Below, piece after piece: positions 20,033 to 29,773 of a stretch of DNA of 64,000 bases. Source of the stretch: an uncultured Actinomycetota bacterium (GTDB lineage Bacteria > Actinomycetota > Thermoleophilia > Gaiellales > Gaiellaceae). Each line of letters starts with the position of its first letter. Position 1 is the first letter of the stretch. Below the pieces are notes generated by a model. That model made no database searches and was not told the origin of the DNA. It worked only from the letters and a program-made list of their open reading frames with translations. The position numbers were made by a program, and so were the translations under genes. Location: contig CAVZJA010000012.1 of assembly GCA_963775355.1 (NCBI GenBank), positions 14,795 to 78,794 on the forward strand. The letters are read 5' to 3'.

Positions 20033-21151
20033 ATGTCGACGACAGAGCGCGACTACTACGAGCTCCTCGGAGTTCCCCGCAACGCGGACGAGCAGGCGAT
20101 CAAGAAGGCCTTCCGCAAGCTCGCGCGCGAGCTCCATCCGGATGTCTCCGACGTGCCGGACGCCGAGGTGCGCTTCCGTGAGGTCACCGAGGCCTACGAG
20201 GCGCTCTCCAACCCCGAGACTCGGGAGCTCTACGATCGTTACGGCCACGCTGGCCTTCGCTCGGGTGGGTTCCAGCCGACGAGCTTCGACCTCGGCTCGT
20301 TCGGCGACCTGTTCAGCGCGTTCTTCGGGGACGACCTCTTCGGCGGCCGGCGAGGCGGAGGCGCGGCCCGCGGCGGAGATGTCGCAGCAGAGATCGAGAT
20401 CACGCTGGCCGACTCCGCGCAGGGCATCAAGGTCGAGGTGCCGCTCGAACGGGCCGCCGTCTGCGCGACGTGCCACGGCGACGGGGCGGCCCCGGGCTCG
20501 GCGGTCATCGGCTGCACGCGCTGCGGTGGCGGAGGCTGGGTCCAGCACGTCTCCCGGGGGATCTTCGGCGAGTTCGTCCGCCAGTCGCAGTGCCCGGACT
20601 GTGGCGGAACCGGTCGCCGCATCGAGCACAAGTGCGAGACCTGCGGCGGAGCGGGTCGAACGGTCGAGGAGCAGCGGATCGAGGTCGACGTTCCCGCGGG
20701 CATCCACGACGGCCAGCGCATCCGCATCACGGGCGAGGGTCACGTGGGGAGCCTCGGCGGCCCCCAGGGCGACGCCTACGTTCTCGTTCACGTTCTCTCG
20801 GACGACCGCTTCGTGCGCGAGGGCAACGACCTCTTCTCCCAGGTCAACCTCACGGTCGTGCAGGCGGCGCTCGGCACCACGGTCGAGGTCGAGACGATCA
20901 AGGGCACCGAGCAGCTCGAGTTCCCGGCCGGAACCCAGCCGGGTGAGGTGCGCGTGCTGCGCGGGAAGGGGATGCCCGTCCTCCAGGGGTTCGGCCACGG
21001 CGACCACCGCGTCCTCGTCAACGTGACCGTCCCGCGGCGTCTCAGCGACGAGCAGCGTCATCTGCTCGAGGAGTTCGAGCAGCTGAGCGACGACGACACC
21101 TATCACCATGACCCCGGCTTCTTCGAGAAGCTGAAGCGCGCCTTCCACTGA
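20033..21151 (+). CDS. dnaJ: molecular chaperone DnaJ
   Basis: J domain (DYYELLGV...HPD), a Gly-rich linker, and four CxxCxGxG zinc motifs. Confidence 0.95.
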   Translation: MSTTERDYYELLGVPRNADEQAIKKAFRKLARELHPDVSDVPDAEVRFREVTEAYEALSNPETRELYDRYGHAGLRSGGFQPTSFDLGSFGDLFSAFFGDDLFGGRRGGGAARGGDVAAEIEITLADSAQGIKVEVPLERAAVCATCHGDGAAPGSAVIGCTRCGGGGWVQHVSRGIFGEFVRQSQCPDCGGTGRRIEHKCETCGGAGRTVEEQRIEVDVPAGIHDGQRIRITGEGHVGSLGGPQGDAYVLVHVLSDDRFVREGNDLFSQVNLTVVQAALGTTVEVETIKGTEQLEFPAGTQPGEVRVLRGKGMPVLQGFGHGDHRVLVNVTVPRRLSDEQRHLLEEFEQLSDDDTYHHDPGFFEKLKRAFH

Positions 21152-21900
21152 TCCGCGCTGCCGTCACCGCGCCAGCCGACGACGCCGAGCCGCTCCGAGC
21201 CCGCTTCGTCGAGCTCGCGCCCGAAGGGTTCGAGGACACCGAGTCAGGCGGCACCATCGAGCTGGCTGCATACGGCGAGGCCGCGGCGCGCGTGCTCGCC
21301 GAGTTTCCCGACGCCTCGGTTGTCGAGATCGAGGAGGGCTGGGAAGACCGCTGGCGCGAGTTCCACCGCTCGGTGCGGATCGGCTCGCTCTGGGTCGGCC
21401 CGCCCTGGGAAGCACCACCGGCCGACGCTCTGACCGTGATGATCGATCCGGGCCGCGCGTTCGGAACCGGTGCTCATCCCTCGACGCGCCTCTGCCTGGA
21501 GCTGCTGCTCGAGGAGCCTCTCGGCAGCCTGCTCGACATCGGCTGCGGCTCCGGCGTGATCTCGATCGCCGGCGCCCGGCTCGGCTTCGACCCCGTCACG
21601 GCGCTCGACATCGACGAGGTCGCCGTCGAGGTCACGCGCGAGAACGCGGTCGCGAACGGCATCCAGATCGAAACCCTGGCGGCGGCCGACGCCCGTACGG
21701 GTCAGCTCCCGCATACCGACCTCGCCGTCGCGAACATCTCGCTCGAGGCGATCGAGGCCGTCGCCGCGTCGGTCACCGCCCCGCGACTGATCACCGCCGG
21801 CTACCTCGCGCGCCACCTGCCGGAGCTGTACCCGTTCCGGCATGCCGGTCGCCGCGAGCTCGACGGCTGGGGCGCCGACCTGTTCGTACGCGACCCGTAA
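21148..21900 (+). CDS. prmA: ribosomal protein L11 methyltransferase
   Basis: WEDRWREFH...LWVGPPWE, DPGRAFGTGAHPST and DIGCGSGVISI SAM motifs. The first canonical start is GTG 21292. The coding-like N-terminal domain is open back to CTG 21148, which overlaps the dnaJ stop. Confidence 0.75.
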   Translation: MIRAAVTAPADDAEPLRARFVELAPEGFEDTESGGTIELAAYGEAAARVLAEFPDASVVEIEEGWEDRWREFHRSVRIGSLWVGPPWEAPPADALTVMIDPGRAFGTGAHPSTRLCLELLLEEPLGSLLDIGCGSGVISIAGARLGFDPVTALDIDEVAVEVTRENAVANGIQIETLAAADARTGQLPHTDLAVANISLEAIEAVAASVTAPRLITAGYLARHLPELYPFRHAGRRELDGWGADLFVRDP

Positions 21901-21952
21901 GCGCTCGCCGCACCGCCGTCGCGCCGGGTCCGAGCGCGTACGTTTTCGAGCC

Positions 21953-23113
21953 GTGACCGCCAGCTATCTCGAGCTCGTTCGCCGTCGTCCCGCCCGGAGG
22001 CTCCTCTACGCGCTCTCGGTGACGACCCTCTCCTTCGGGATGCTCTCACTCGTCGTCGTGCTGACCGTCGAGCAGGCGACCGGCTCCTACCGCGACGGTG
22101 GCTTCGCGGTCGCAGCGTTCGCCCTCTGTGCCGGCATCACCGCTCCCGCTCGCGGCCGGCTCGTCGATCGCCGGGGAGCGAGGCGCTGGCTCCCCGGGCT
22201 CGCCACGGGCTACGCAGCTGCGCTCGTCGCCCTCGACATCGCCGCGAAGAGCGGCGCCGCCGCCTGGCTCTTGATCGCGCTCTCGGCGCTCGCAGGCGCG
22301 AGCTGCCCTCCGCTCTTCGCGTCGGCCCGCGCGGTCTGGCCCTACGCCGTCGAGGCCGAGCTCCTGCGGCGCGGCTACGCGATGACCGCGCTGATCGCCG
22401 ACGTCGGCCAGGTCGCCGGCCCGGTGGTCGCCTCGCTGCTCTTCCTGGTCTCCGGCTGGCCCGGCGCGCTCGTCTGCGCCGTCTTCGGCGTGGCCGGAGC
22501 CCTGCTCTCGCTCCCGGCCCGCGGGCTCGCAGGCGCCGACGTCCGGCCCGCCCCGATGCCCGCACTACGCGAGAGCCCGAAGCTCGCCGGGCTGCTGTGC
22601 GTCTCGGTCGTGTTCGGCGGCTCCCTTGGCGTCGTCAATGTCGCCGTCCCAGCTGCCGCCGGGCACTGGGGCCACGCCGCCCTCGCAGGGCCGCTGCTCG
22701 GCCTGTTCGCCGCGGGCAGCGTCACCGGAGGTCTCTGGTACGGCACCCGCCACTGGCGCGCCCCGGTGCTCGACCGCTACCTGTGGGCCGCGCTCGCGCT
22801 CGGGCTCCTCCTCGCGCCGGCGGCCTTCGCGGGCTCCGCAGCCCAGCTCGGGCCGGTGCTGTTCGCCGCCGGCCTCGCCTTCGGCCCGGCGAACGTCGCG
22901 CTGTTCGAGTCGCTCGACGTGCTCGCGCCCGGAAGCGGGACCGAGGCGCTCACCTGGATCACGACCGCGGAGGCCGGCGGATCGGCTGCCGGATCGGCGC
23001 TCGCCGGCATTCTCGTGACCCGCGTCGGCGTGTCCGCGCCCTTCGCTCTCGCTGCCGTGCCGATGGTGCTCACAGCCGGTCTTGCCCTCGCCGCGCTCCG
23101 GGCGAGGCGATGA
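21953..23113 (+). CDS. MFS transporter
   Basis: About 12 hydrophobic segments, with GRLVDRRGARR in loop 2-3. A GTG start is assumed. Confidence 0.7.
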   Translation: MTASYLELVRRRPARRLLYALSVTTLSFGMLSLVVVLTVEQATGSYRDGGFAVAAFALCAGITAPARGRLVDRRGARRWLPGLATGYAAALVALDIAAKSGAAAWLLIALSALAGASCPPLFASARAVWPYAVEAELLRRGYAMTALIADVGQVAGPVVASLLFLVSGWPGALVCAVFGVAGALLSLPARGLAGADVRPAPMPALRESPKLAGLLCVSVVFGGSLGVVNVAVPAAAGHWGHAALAGPLLGLFAAGSVTGGLWYGTRHWRAPVLDRYLWAALALGLLLAPAAFAGSAAQLGPVLFAAGLAFGPANVALFESLDVLAPGSGTEALTWITTAEAGGSAAGSALAGILVTRVGVSAPFALAAVPMVLTAGLALAALRARR

Positions 23114-23154
23114 CCTCGCCACGCGGTGGAGCGGACAGTACGATCACCGCAGCG

Positions 23155-24355
23155 ATGCGATTCAGCGTCGAATTCCTGGGCTGCAAGGTCTCGCACGTCG
23201 ATGCGCACGAGATCCGCGAACGCCTGCTCGAGGAGGGGCACACGGAGTCCGGCGCGGCGCACTCCGAGGTCGCAGTGATCAACAGCTGCTGCGTCACGAA
23301 CGAGGCCGTCGCGAAGAGCCGCAAGGCCGCCTCCCGTGCCGCGCGCAGCCACGAACGCGTCTACCTGACGGGCTGCGCCGCGAACCTCGCCCCGGGGGCG
23401 CTCGCCGGCCTGCCCGCCAACGTCACGGTCGTCGCCCGCCGCCCCGAGCAGACCGCCGCTTTCGTCGCCGGCGACGTCGGCTCGATCGGGTGCGTGCAGG
23501 CCGACGCGCGCCTCGACCGGGTACGGGCGTTCGTCCGCATCCAGGACGGCTGCTCCTTCTCGTGCGGGTTCTGCGTGATCCCACTCGTCCGGGGCGCATC
23601 GCGCAGCCGCACGGCCGCCGCCGTTCTCCGCGAGGTCACGAGGCGGGTCGCCCAGGGCCACCGCGAGGTCGTTCTCACCGGGATCAACCTCGGCTGCTTC
23701 CGCGACCGTGCAGCAGGCTTCGACCTGCCTCGCCTCGTACGCGAGGTCGGTGCCGTACCCGGGCTCGAGCGCCTGCGGCTCAGCTCGATCGAGATCAACC
23801 ATGTCGACGATGCCCTCATCGCGGCCCTTCGTGAGACGCCGGCCGTCGCCCGGCACCTACACGTGCCGCTCCAGTCGGGCGACGACGCGGTGCTGCGCGC
23901 GATGGGTCGCCGCTACTCGATCGCCACCTACCGCCGCCGTCTCGAGCCGCTCGCAGGCGAGTTCAACCTGACGAGCGACGTGATCGTCGGCTTCCCGGCC
24001 GAGGACGAGCGCGCCTTCCGCCACACGCTCGAGACGGTCGAGGCGGCCGGGCTCACCCGGATCCACGCGTTCCCGTACTCGCCGCGCCCGGGCACGAAGA
24101 CCGCTGCCGACGACCCCGTGACCCCGCGGGAGAAGAAGGAGCGCAGCGCTCGGTTGCGCGCCCTCTCCCGTGAGCTCGAGCAGCGCCGCTGGCAGGCGAA
24201 GCTCGGCTCACACGACACCGTTCTCGTCGACCGCCCCGGTAAGGGATACGGCGACGACTATTCACCGTTTCTCGTCGATGCGCCCGTCGGCCGGCTCGTG
24301 CGCGTGAGGGCCGACGCCGTGACGGAGGAGGGGATCGTTGGCGCTCGCCGCATGA
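23155..24355 (+). CDS. mtaB: MiaB-like tRNA methylthiotransferase (MtaB type); native stop lost as sequenced
   Basis: FLGCKVSHVDAHEI, radical SAM GCSFSCGFCVIP, and a TRAM-like C-terminus. As sequenced the frame reads through to 24594. Removing one G at about 24340 gives ...EEGIVALAA-stop at 24353-24355. Confidence 0.8.
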
Positions 24356-24710
24356 CGACTGCCTCTTCTGCAAGCTCTTCCGCTCGGGCGACCACGTCGC
24401 CTCGACCGAGGGCTTCGTCGCGATCCGCGACATCAACCCGCAGGCGTCGGTGCACCTGCTCGTCATCCCCGAGCATCACCTCGATACCTTCCGCGACGTC
24501 GCCGAGCTCTCGCCTGCAGAGACCCACCGGATGCTCGGGTTCATCGCAGAGGTGGCAAGGGACGCGGGCCTCGACGACTACAAGGTTCAGGTGAATGTCG
24601 GCCCGACCGCCGGTCAAACAGTGTTTCATCTCCACTGGCACGTCATCGGGCACAAGCACGTGCACGGGACGGAACTCCCCGACAGCAGCACCGAGGTGAC
24701 GGAGCTATGA
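24338..24710 (+). CDS. HIT family protein (histidine triad); start codon displaced by the same extra base
   Basis: DDCLFCKLF...VHLLVIPEHH...FHLHWHVIG (HxHxHxx). The frame is open from about 24342 but has no start unless one G at about 24340 is removed, which gives TTG 24338. Confidence 0.75.
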
Positions 24711-25150
24711 GCCTGATAACCGAGATCGAGCAGGACGTCAAGGAGGCGACCCTCGCCCGCGATGCCCCGCGACGCGACGCCCTCCGGCTGATCCTCTCGA
24801 GCCTGCGCTCTGCCGAGAAGGACCTCCAGCGTCCTCTCTCCGACGACGAGGAGCTGCAGGTGCTCCAGCGTGAGCGCAAGCGCCGGATCGAGGCGTCCGA
24901 GGCTTTTCGCGCCGCGGGCCGGGAGGAGCAGGCCTCGAAGGAGGACGGCGAGCTCGCGATCCTCGAGGAGTTCATGCCGGCACCGCTGTCCGAGGAAGAC
25001 CTGGAGCGGATCGTCGACGACGCGATCGCCGAGAACGGCGCCACGAGCATGCGCGACATGGGTCGCGTGATGGCCGACGTGATGCCGCAGATCGCCGGGC
25101 GGGCCGACGGAAGCGCCGTCAGCCAGATCGTTCGCGAGAAGCTCGCCTAG
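24707..25150 (+). CDS. GatB/YqeY domain-containing protein
   Basis: 147 aa. LRLILSSLRSAEKD...LQRERKRRIEASEAF...MGRVMADVMPQIAGRADG is typical of YqeY. Confidence 0.85.
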   Translation: MSLITEIEQDVKEATLARDAPRRDALRLILSSLRSAEKDLQRPLSDDEELQVLQRERKRRIEASEAFRAAGREEQASKEDGELAILEEFMPAPLSEEDLERIVDDAIAENGATSMRDMGRVMADVMPQIAGRADGSAVSQIVREKLA

Positions 25151-25152
25151 AC

Positions 25153-28152
25153 GTGATCTGCGCCGGCTGCGGAGCGGAGAACCGCGACGGAGCGCGCTTC
25201 TGCGACACGTGCGGCGCCGCCGCTCGCAGCCGCCGGCGCCCGAGGGAGCAGCGCAAGGTCGTGACCGTCCTCTTCTGCGACGTCGCCGGGTCGACCGCGC
25301 TCGGCGAGCGGCTCGATCCCGAGGCGCTTCGGATCGTCATGTCCGTCGTACTTCGACGTCGCGCGGGCCGCGATCGAGCGGCACGGCGGCACCCTCGAGA
25401 AGTTCATCGGCGACGCCGTGATGGCGGTCTTCGGCGTGCCGGTCGTTCGCGAGGACGACGCCCTGCGCGCCGTGCGCGCGGCCGAGGAGCTGCGCGACGG
25501 CGTCGAGATCGACGTGCGGATCGGCGTCAACACGGGCGGGGTCGTCACCGGCACCGGCGACACGCTCGTCACCGGCGACGCCGTCAACGTCGCCGCGCGG
25601 CTCGAGCAGGCGGCCGAGCCCGGCGAGGTGCTGCTCGGCGCCGGGACCTACCGGCTCGTCCGCGACGCGGTCGACGCCGAGCTGCTGCCGCCGCTCGAGG
25701 CGAAGGGCAAGGCGGAGCCGCTCACCGCCTACCGGCTGCGTCGCGGTGACCGGCGACGTCGCCGTCGCGCGGCGCTCAGGACGCGCCGCTCGTCGGCCGC
25801 GCGCGCGAGCGGCGGCTGCTCGAGGATGCCTGGGAGCGCGCGCGCTCGGAGCGCGCGTGCTCGCTCTTCACGATCCTCGGCAACGCCGGGCGTCGGCAAG
25901 TCGCGGCTCGACGGCCGAGTTCCTGGCCGGCCTCGACGCGACGGTCGTCGCGCGGGCGCTGCCTCTCCTACGGCGAGGGGATCACGTACTGGCCGGTCGT
26001 CGAGGTCGGTGAAGCAGCTGCTCGGCGGAGCTCCGCGCGCCGAACGCGGCGATCGCCGCGCTGCTCGGCGAGGGCGCAGGCGCCGGCGGACGAGATCGCG
26101 ATCGCCGTCCGGAAGCTGCTCGAGGCGGCGGCTGCGGAGCGGCCGCTCGTGGTCGTGTTCGACGACATCCAGTGGGGCGAGCCGACGTTCCTCGACCTGA
26201 TCGAGCACGTCGCCGACTGGTCGCGCGACGCGCCGATCCTGCTGCTCTGCCTGGCGCGGCCGGAGCTGCTCGAGCTGCGCCCGGGCTGGGGCGGCGGCAA
26301 GCTGAACGCCACCGCCGTGCTGCTCGAGCCGCTCTCGGCCGCGGAGACCGACGAGCTGATCGACGAGCTGCTCGACGGCCGCGGGCCTCGACGCCGGCGC
26401 TTCGCGAGCGGATCCGCGCCGCCGCCGAGGGGAACCCGCTCTTCGTCGAGCAGATGCTCGCGATGGTCGAGGAGTCGCCGGGCGAGGTGACGGTGCCGTC
26501 GACGATCCAGGCACTGCTCGCAGCGCGTCTCGACCAGCTGCCGGCGTCCGAGCGCGCGGCGCTCGAGCGCGGCGCGGTCGAGGGCCAGGTCTTCCACCGG
26601 AGCGCGGTCGCGGCGCTCGCACCGGACGATCCCGACGTCCCGTCGCGGCTGCTCGGGCTCGTCCGCAAGGAGCTCGTCCGTCCGAGCGCCGGCACGCTGC
26701 CCGGCGACGACGCCTTCCGCTTCCGGCACCTGCTGATCCGCGACGCCGCCTACGACGCGCTGCCGAAGGCGGCGCGAGCCGAGCTGCACGAGCGCTTCGC
26801 GACGTGGCTCGAGCGTCGGGCGCCGGATCTCGTCGAGCTGGACGAGATCCTCGGCTACCACCTGGAGCAGGCCGCCCGTTACCGCGCCGAGCTCGGAGCT
26901 GACTCGGCCGAGCTGCGCGACCAGAGCCGCCGCGCGGCTCGCCGCCGCGGGATTGCGCGCCGAAGAGCGCGAGGACTCGAACGCGGCCGTCAGCGCTGCT
27001 CACGCGCGCCGCGGCGCTCTACGAGCCGGACGATCCGCGGCGGCTCGCGCTTCTGACTCCGACCGCTCAGGTCGCTGTACACGCTCGGCAGGCTGAAGGA
27101 CGCCTACGCCGTCCTCGACGAGGCGATCGCGAGGAACGGCCCCGGATGCATCCGCAGCAGGCGTTCTTCTTCAAGAGCTACGCGAGCGGTCACGGCGAGT
27201 CGATCTCGCCCTACGCGATCGAGCGAGGCCGTTCGCGAGCGTCTGGCTCGCGTCGAGGGCGTCGTGAGCGAGCGCGACGCTCGCCGCCGGGCAGCTGACG
27301 CTCGGCCTGGGCGCTCTACTGGAGCGGGCGGCTGGCGGCGGCTGTCGACGGTAGGGGAGGAGGCCGTAGCGCGTGCGCGCCGAGCCGGCGCTCGCTCGCT
27401 CGAGCTGGGGCGATGCGGCATGGTCGGCCTGGCGAAGCTCCACGGCGACGTGCCGTGGCAGCGAAGTCGAGGCGCAGGCCGCCGAGATGCCGGCGGCCGA
27501 TGTCGGCCGGGCGCTGCTTCGGATCTGGGCGATGGCGATGCAGGGGCGATTCGACGAGGCCCGCCGCATCGTCCGACGCGTTCATGGCCGAGCAGCGGGA
27601 GCGGGGCCGTGCAGATGGGCGTCTTCACGCACGCGTTCCCTCGCGCCAACGTCGAGCTCTGCGGCCGGCGACGGTCGACGAGGCCGAGCAGACGTTGCGC
27701 GAGGCGTGGGACGGCTTCGGCCGCGTTCGGCGAGCGCGGCCTCCGCTCGACGATCGGCGGCTGCGCTCGGCGAGTTGCTCGCCCGGCGGGGAGCGCTCGA
27801 CGAGGCGGAGGCGATCCTCGACGAGGCGATCGGGATCAGCACTCCGGACGACTGGTCACGACGGTGGCCGAGGTGCAGAACGGCCGCGCGTTCGTCGCGC
27901 TCGGCCGCGGGGACCACGAGCGCGCACGCGCGCTCGCTGCGGAGGCGACGGCGCTCGTCGACGCGCACGAGTACCTCACCCTGCAGCAGGAGATGCGGCT
28001 CAGCCGGGCCGAGCTCCTGCTCGCCGCCGGGAGCGCCGACGAGGCGCGGGCCGCGCTCGTCGCGGCCCGCGAGGTCGCCGTCCGCAAGGGCTCGATCGTC
28101 GTCGTCGCTCGGGTGGACGAGCTTGATGGCCGGCCTCGAGTCTCGGCCGTAG
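25153..28152 (+). pseudogene. zinc-ribbon / class III adenylate-guanylate cyclase / AAA(STAND-like) NTPase / TPR protein, broken by many +1 frameshifts
   Basis: Segments recovered across frames:
- CAGCGAENRDGARFCDTCG (zinc ribbon)
- VTVLFCDVAGSTAL...FIGDAVMAVFGVP...GVNTGGVVTG (cyclase)
- LVGRARERRLLEDAW...GNAGVGKSRL (P-loop)
- VVVFDDIQWGEPTFLDLIEH...EGNPLFVEQ
- helical repeats running to a TAG at 28150-28152. Confidence 0.75.
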
Positions 28153-28174
28153 GAGCCGTCCCTACACTGAGCCG

Positions 28175-29137
28175 ATGCAGGAGGTTCTCGACGTTTCGAA
28201 CGAGGTCGCCGCCGAGCTCGCGGTCATGGGCGAAGGCGTGCTCGAGGCCCTTCGCGACCGCCTGGGCTGCACGATCCGGCTGCGCGGGAACCAGCTCACG
28301 CTCGAAGGCGACGACGACCAGGTCGGGGAGGCGCGGGCGGTGATCGACGAGCTCGTCGAGCTGGTCGAGGGCGGCCATCCGATCGGCGTCTCAGACCGTC
28401 GACGCGGTGCTCGGCGCGCTCGAGGGCGAACCACGACGTCCGCGAGGTGTTCGACTCCGTCGTCTGGAGCCATCGCGGCAAGCAGATCGCGCCGAAGACC
28501 GTCACCCAGAAGGCCTACGTCGACGCGATCCGCCGCTCGACGATGACGTTCGGGATCGGGCCCGCCGGAACCGGCAAGACGTACCTCGCGATGGCGCTCG
28601 CGGTCGCCGCGCTCCAGGAGCGCCAGGTCGCGCGGATCATCCTCACCCGCCCCGCGGTCGAGGCCGGCGAGCGGCTCGGCTTCCTGCCCGGGCGACATGC
28701 TCGCCAAGGTCGACCCGTACCTGCGCCCGCTCTTCGACGCGCTCTACGACATGCTCGACCCGGAGCGCGCGAACACCTACATGGAGCGCGGCACGATCGA
28801 GGTGGCGCCGCTGGCCTTCATGCGCGGCCGGACGCTGAACGACAGCTTCATCATCCTCGACGAGGCCCAGAACACCTCGCCGGAGCAGATGCAGATGTTC
28901 CTGACGCGCCTCGGCTTCGGCTCGAAGGTGGTCGTGACGGGCGACGTCACCCAGATCGACCTGCCGCGCGACCAGCCCTCCGGCCTGATCCAGGTGAGGC
29001 AGATCCTCGACCGGATCGACGGCATCTCGTTCGTCGAGTTCAACCACCGCGACGTCGTGCGGCACAAGCTCGTCCAGGAGATCGTCGAGGCCTACCGCGA
29101 GCACGCGGAGGAGACGGGCACCGGGCGGAGCAAGTAA
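28175..29137 (+). pseudogene. phoH: PhoH family ATPase, three +1 frameshifts as sequenced
   Basis: The motifs run through four frames in order: ...GGHPIG / [14 protein letters not shown] / HDVREVF...[13 protein letters not shown]...[15 protein letters not shown] / [12 protein letters not shown]...ILDEAQNT... The breaks are near 28388, 28431 and 28690. Confidence 0.85.
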
Positions 29138-29145
29138 CGGCACGG

Positions 29146-29523
29146 ATGCTGACCGTCGAGGTCGACAACAGGAGCGGTGTCGAGGTAGACGAGGGCGCGG
29201 CCGTCGAGCTCGCGGGTGCCGTGCTGCGGGCTGAGGGAATCGAGGACGGGGAGCTCGGGCTCGCGTTCGTCGGGCCGGACGAGATGCGCGAGCTGAAGCG
29301 CGAGCATCTCGGGATCGACGAGGCGACCGACGTGCTCTCGTTCCCGATCGACGGCCGCGACGAGCTGCCGGAAGGCCTTCCGCGCGCGCTCGGGGACGTC
29401 GTTCTCTGCCCGGCGGTCGTCGGCGAGGCGTGGCGCGCGCCGCTCACCCACGGGCTGCTGCATCTGCTCGGCTACGACCACGGCGAGGAGATGGAGCAGC
29501 GAGAACGGGAGCTGGCGACATGA
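29146..29523 (+). CDS. ybeY: rRNA maturation RNase YbeY
   Basis: [15 protein letters not shown] metal-binding motif. 125 aa, following phoH. Confidence 0.9.
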   Translation: MLTVEVDNRSGVEVDEGAAVELAGAVLRAEGIEDGELGLAFVGPDEMRELKREHLGIDEATDVLSFPIDGRDELPEGLPRALGDVVLCPAVVGEAWRAPLTHGLLHLLGYDHGEEMEQRERELAT

Positions 29524-29535
29524 CTCGCGCCGCCT

Positions 29536-29572
29536 TCCGTGACAGTTTCGTGACGGTGACTGTCCCCGGACA
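29536..29572 (+). repeat. 37-nt hairpin-forming repeat, copy 1
   Basis: TCCGTGACAGTTTCGTGACGGTGACTGTCCCCGGACA. Identical to 29635..29671. Confidence 0.9.
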
Positions 29573-29634
29573 TGTCTCGAGGGCCCCCGGCTCTTTGCAG
29601 GGCTTTTCGCGTACCGGGACGACTTCGCCCCGTA

Positions 29635-29671
29635 TCCGTGACAGTTTCGTGACGGTGACTGTCCCCGGACA
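29635..29671 (+). repeat. 37-nt hairpin-forming repeat, copy 2
   Basis: Perfect copy, 99 nt downstream of copy 1. Confidence 0.9.
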
Positions 29672-29773
29672 CGGCCCGGCGGGGCAATGGCCGGAAGGAA
29701 CGACGAGCGTAGGCTCGACGGAGCTCGTAAATGAGCGGAGGCGGCGGCTTTGCCGACGCCGGGAGCGGGTTCT

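Noticed and set aside
29536-29572. Homology between the 37-nt hairpin repeat and the reverse complement of the leuS-flanking motif (GTGmCrG-TTTC-GTGmCGGT resemblance).
   Set aside because: The similarity is limited to about 20 nt and needs gaps beyond that. The TGTGGA and CACGTGACA parts are absent. I treat them as separate elements unless a profile search links them.
29536-29671. The 37-nt repeat pair as a mini CRISPR array.
   Set aside because: There are only two repeats. The 62-nt spacer is far longer than typical, there are no cas genes in the window, and the repeat sits inside a housekeeping operon.
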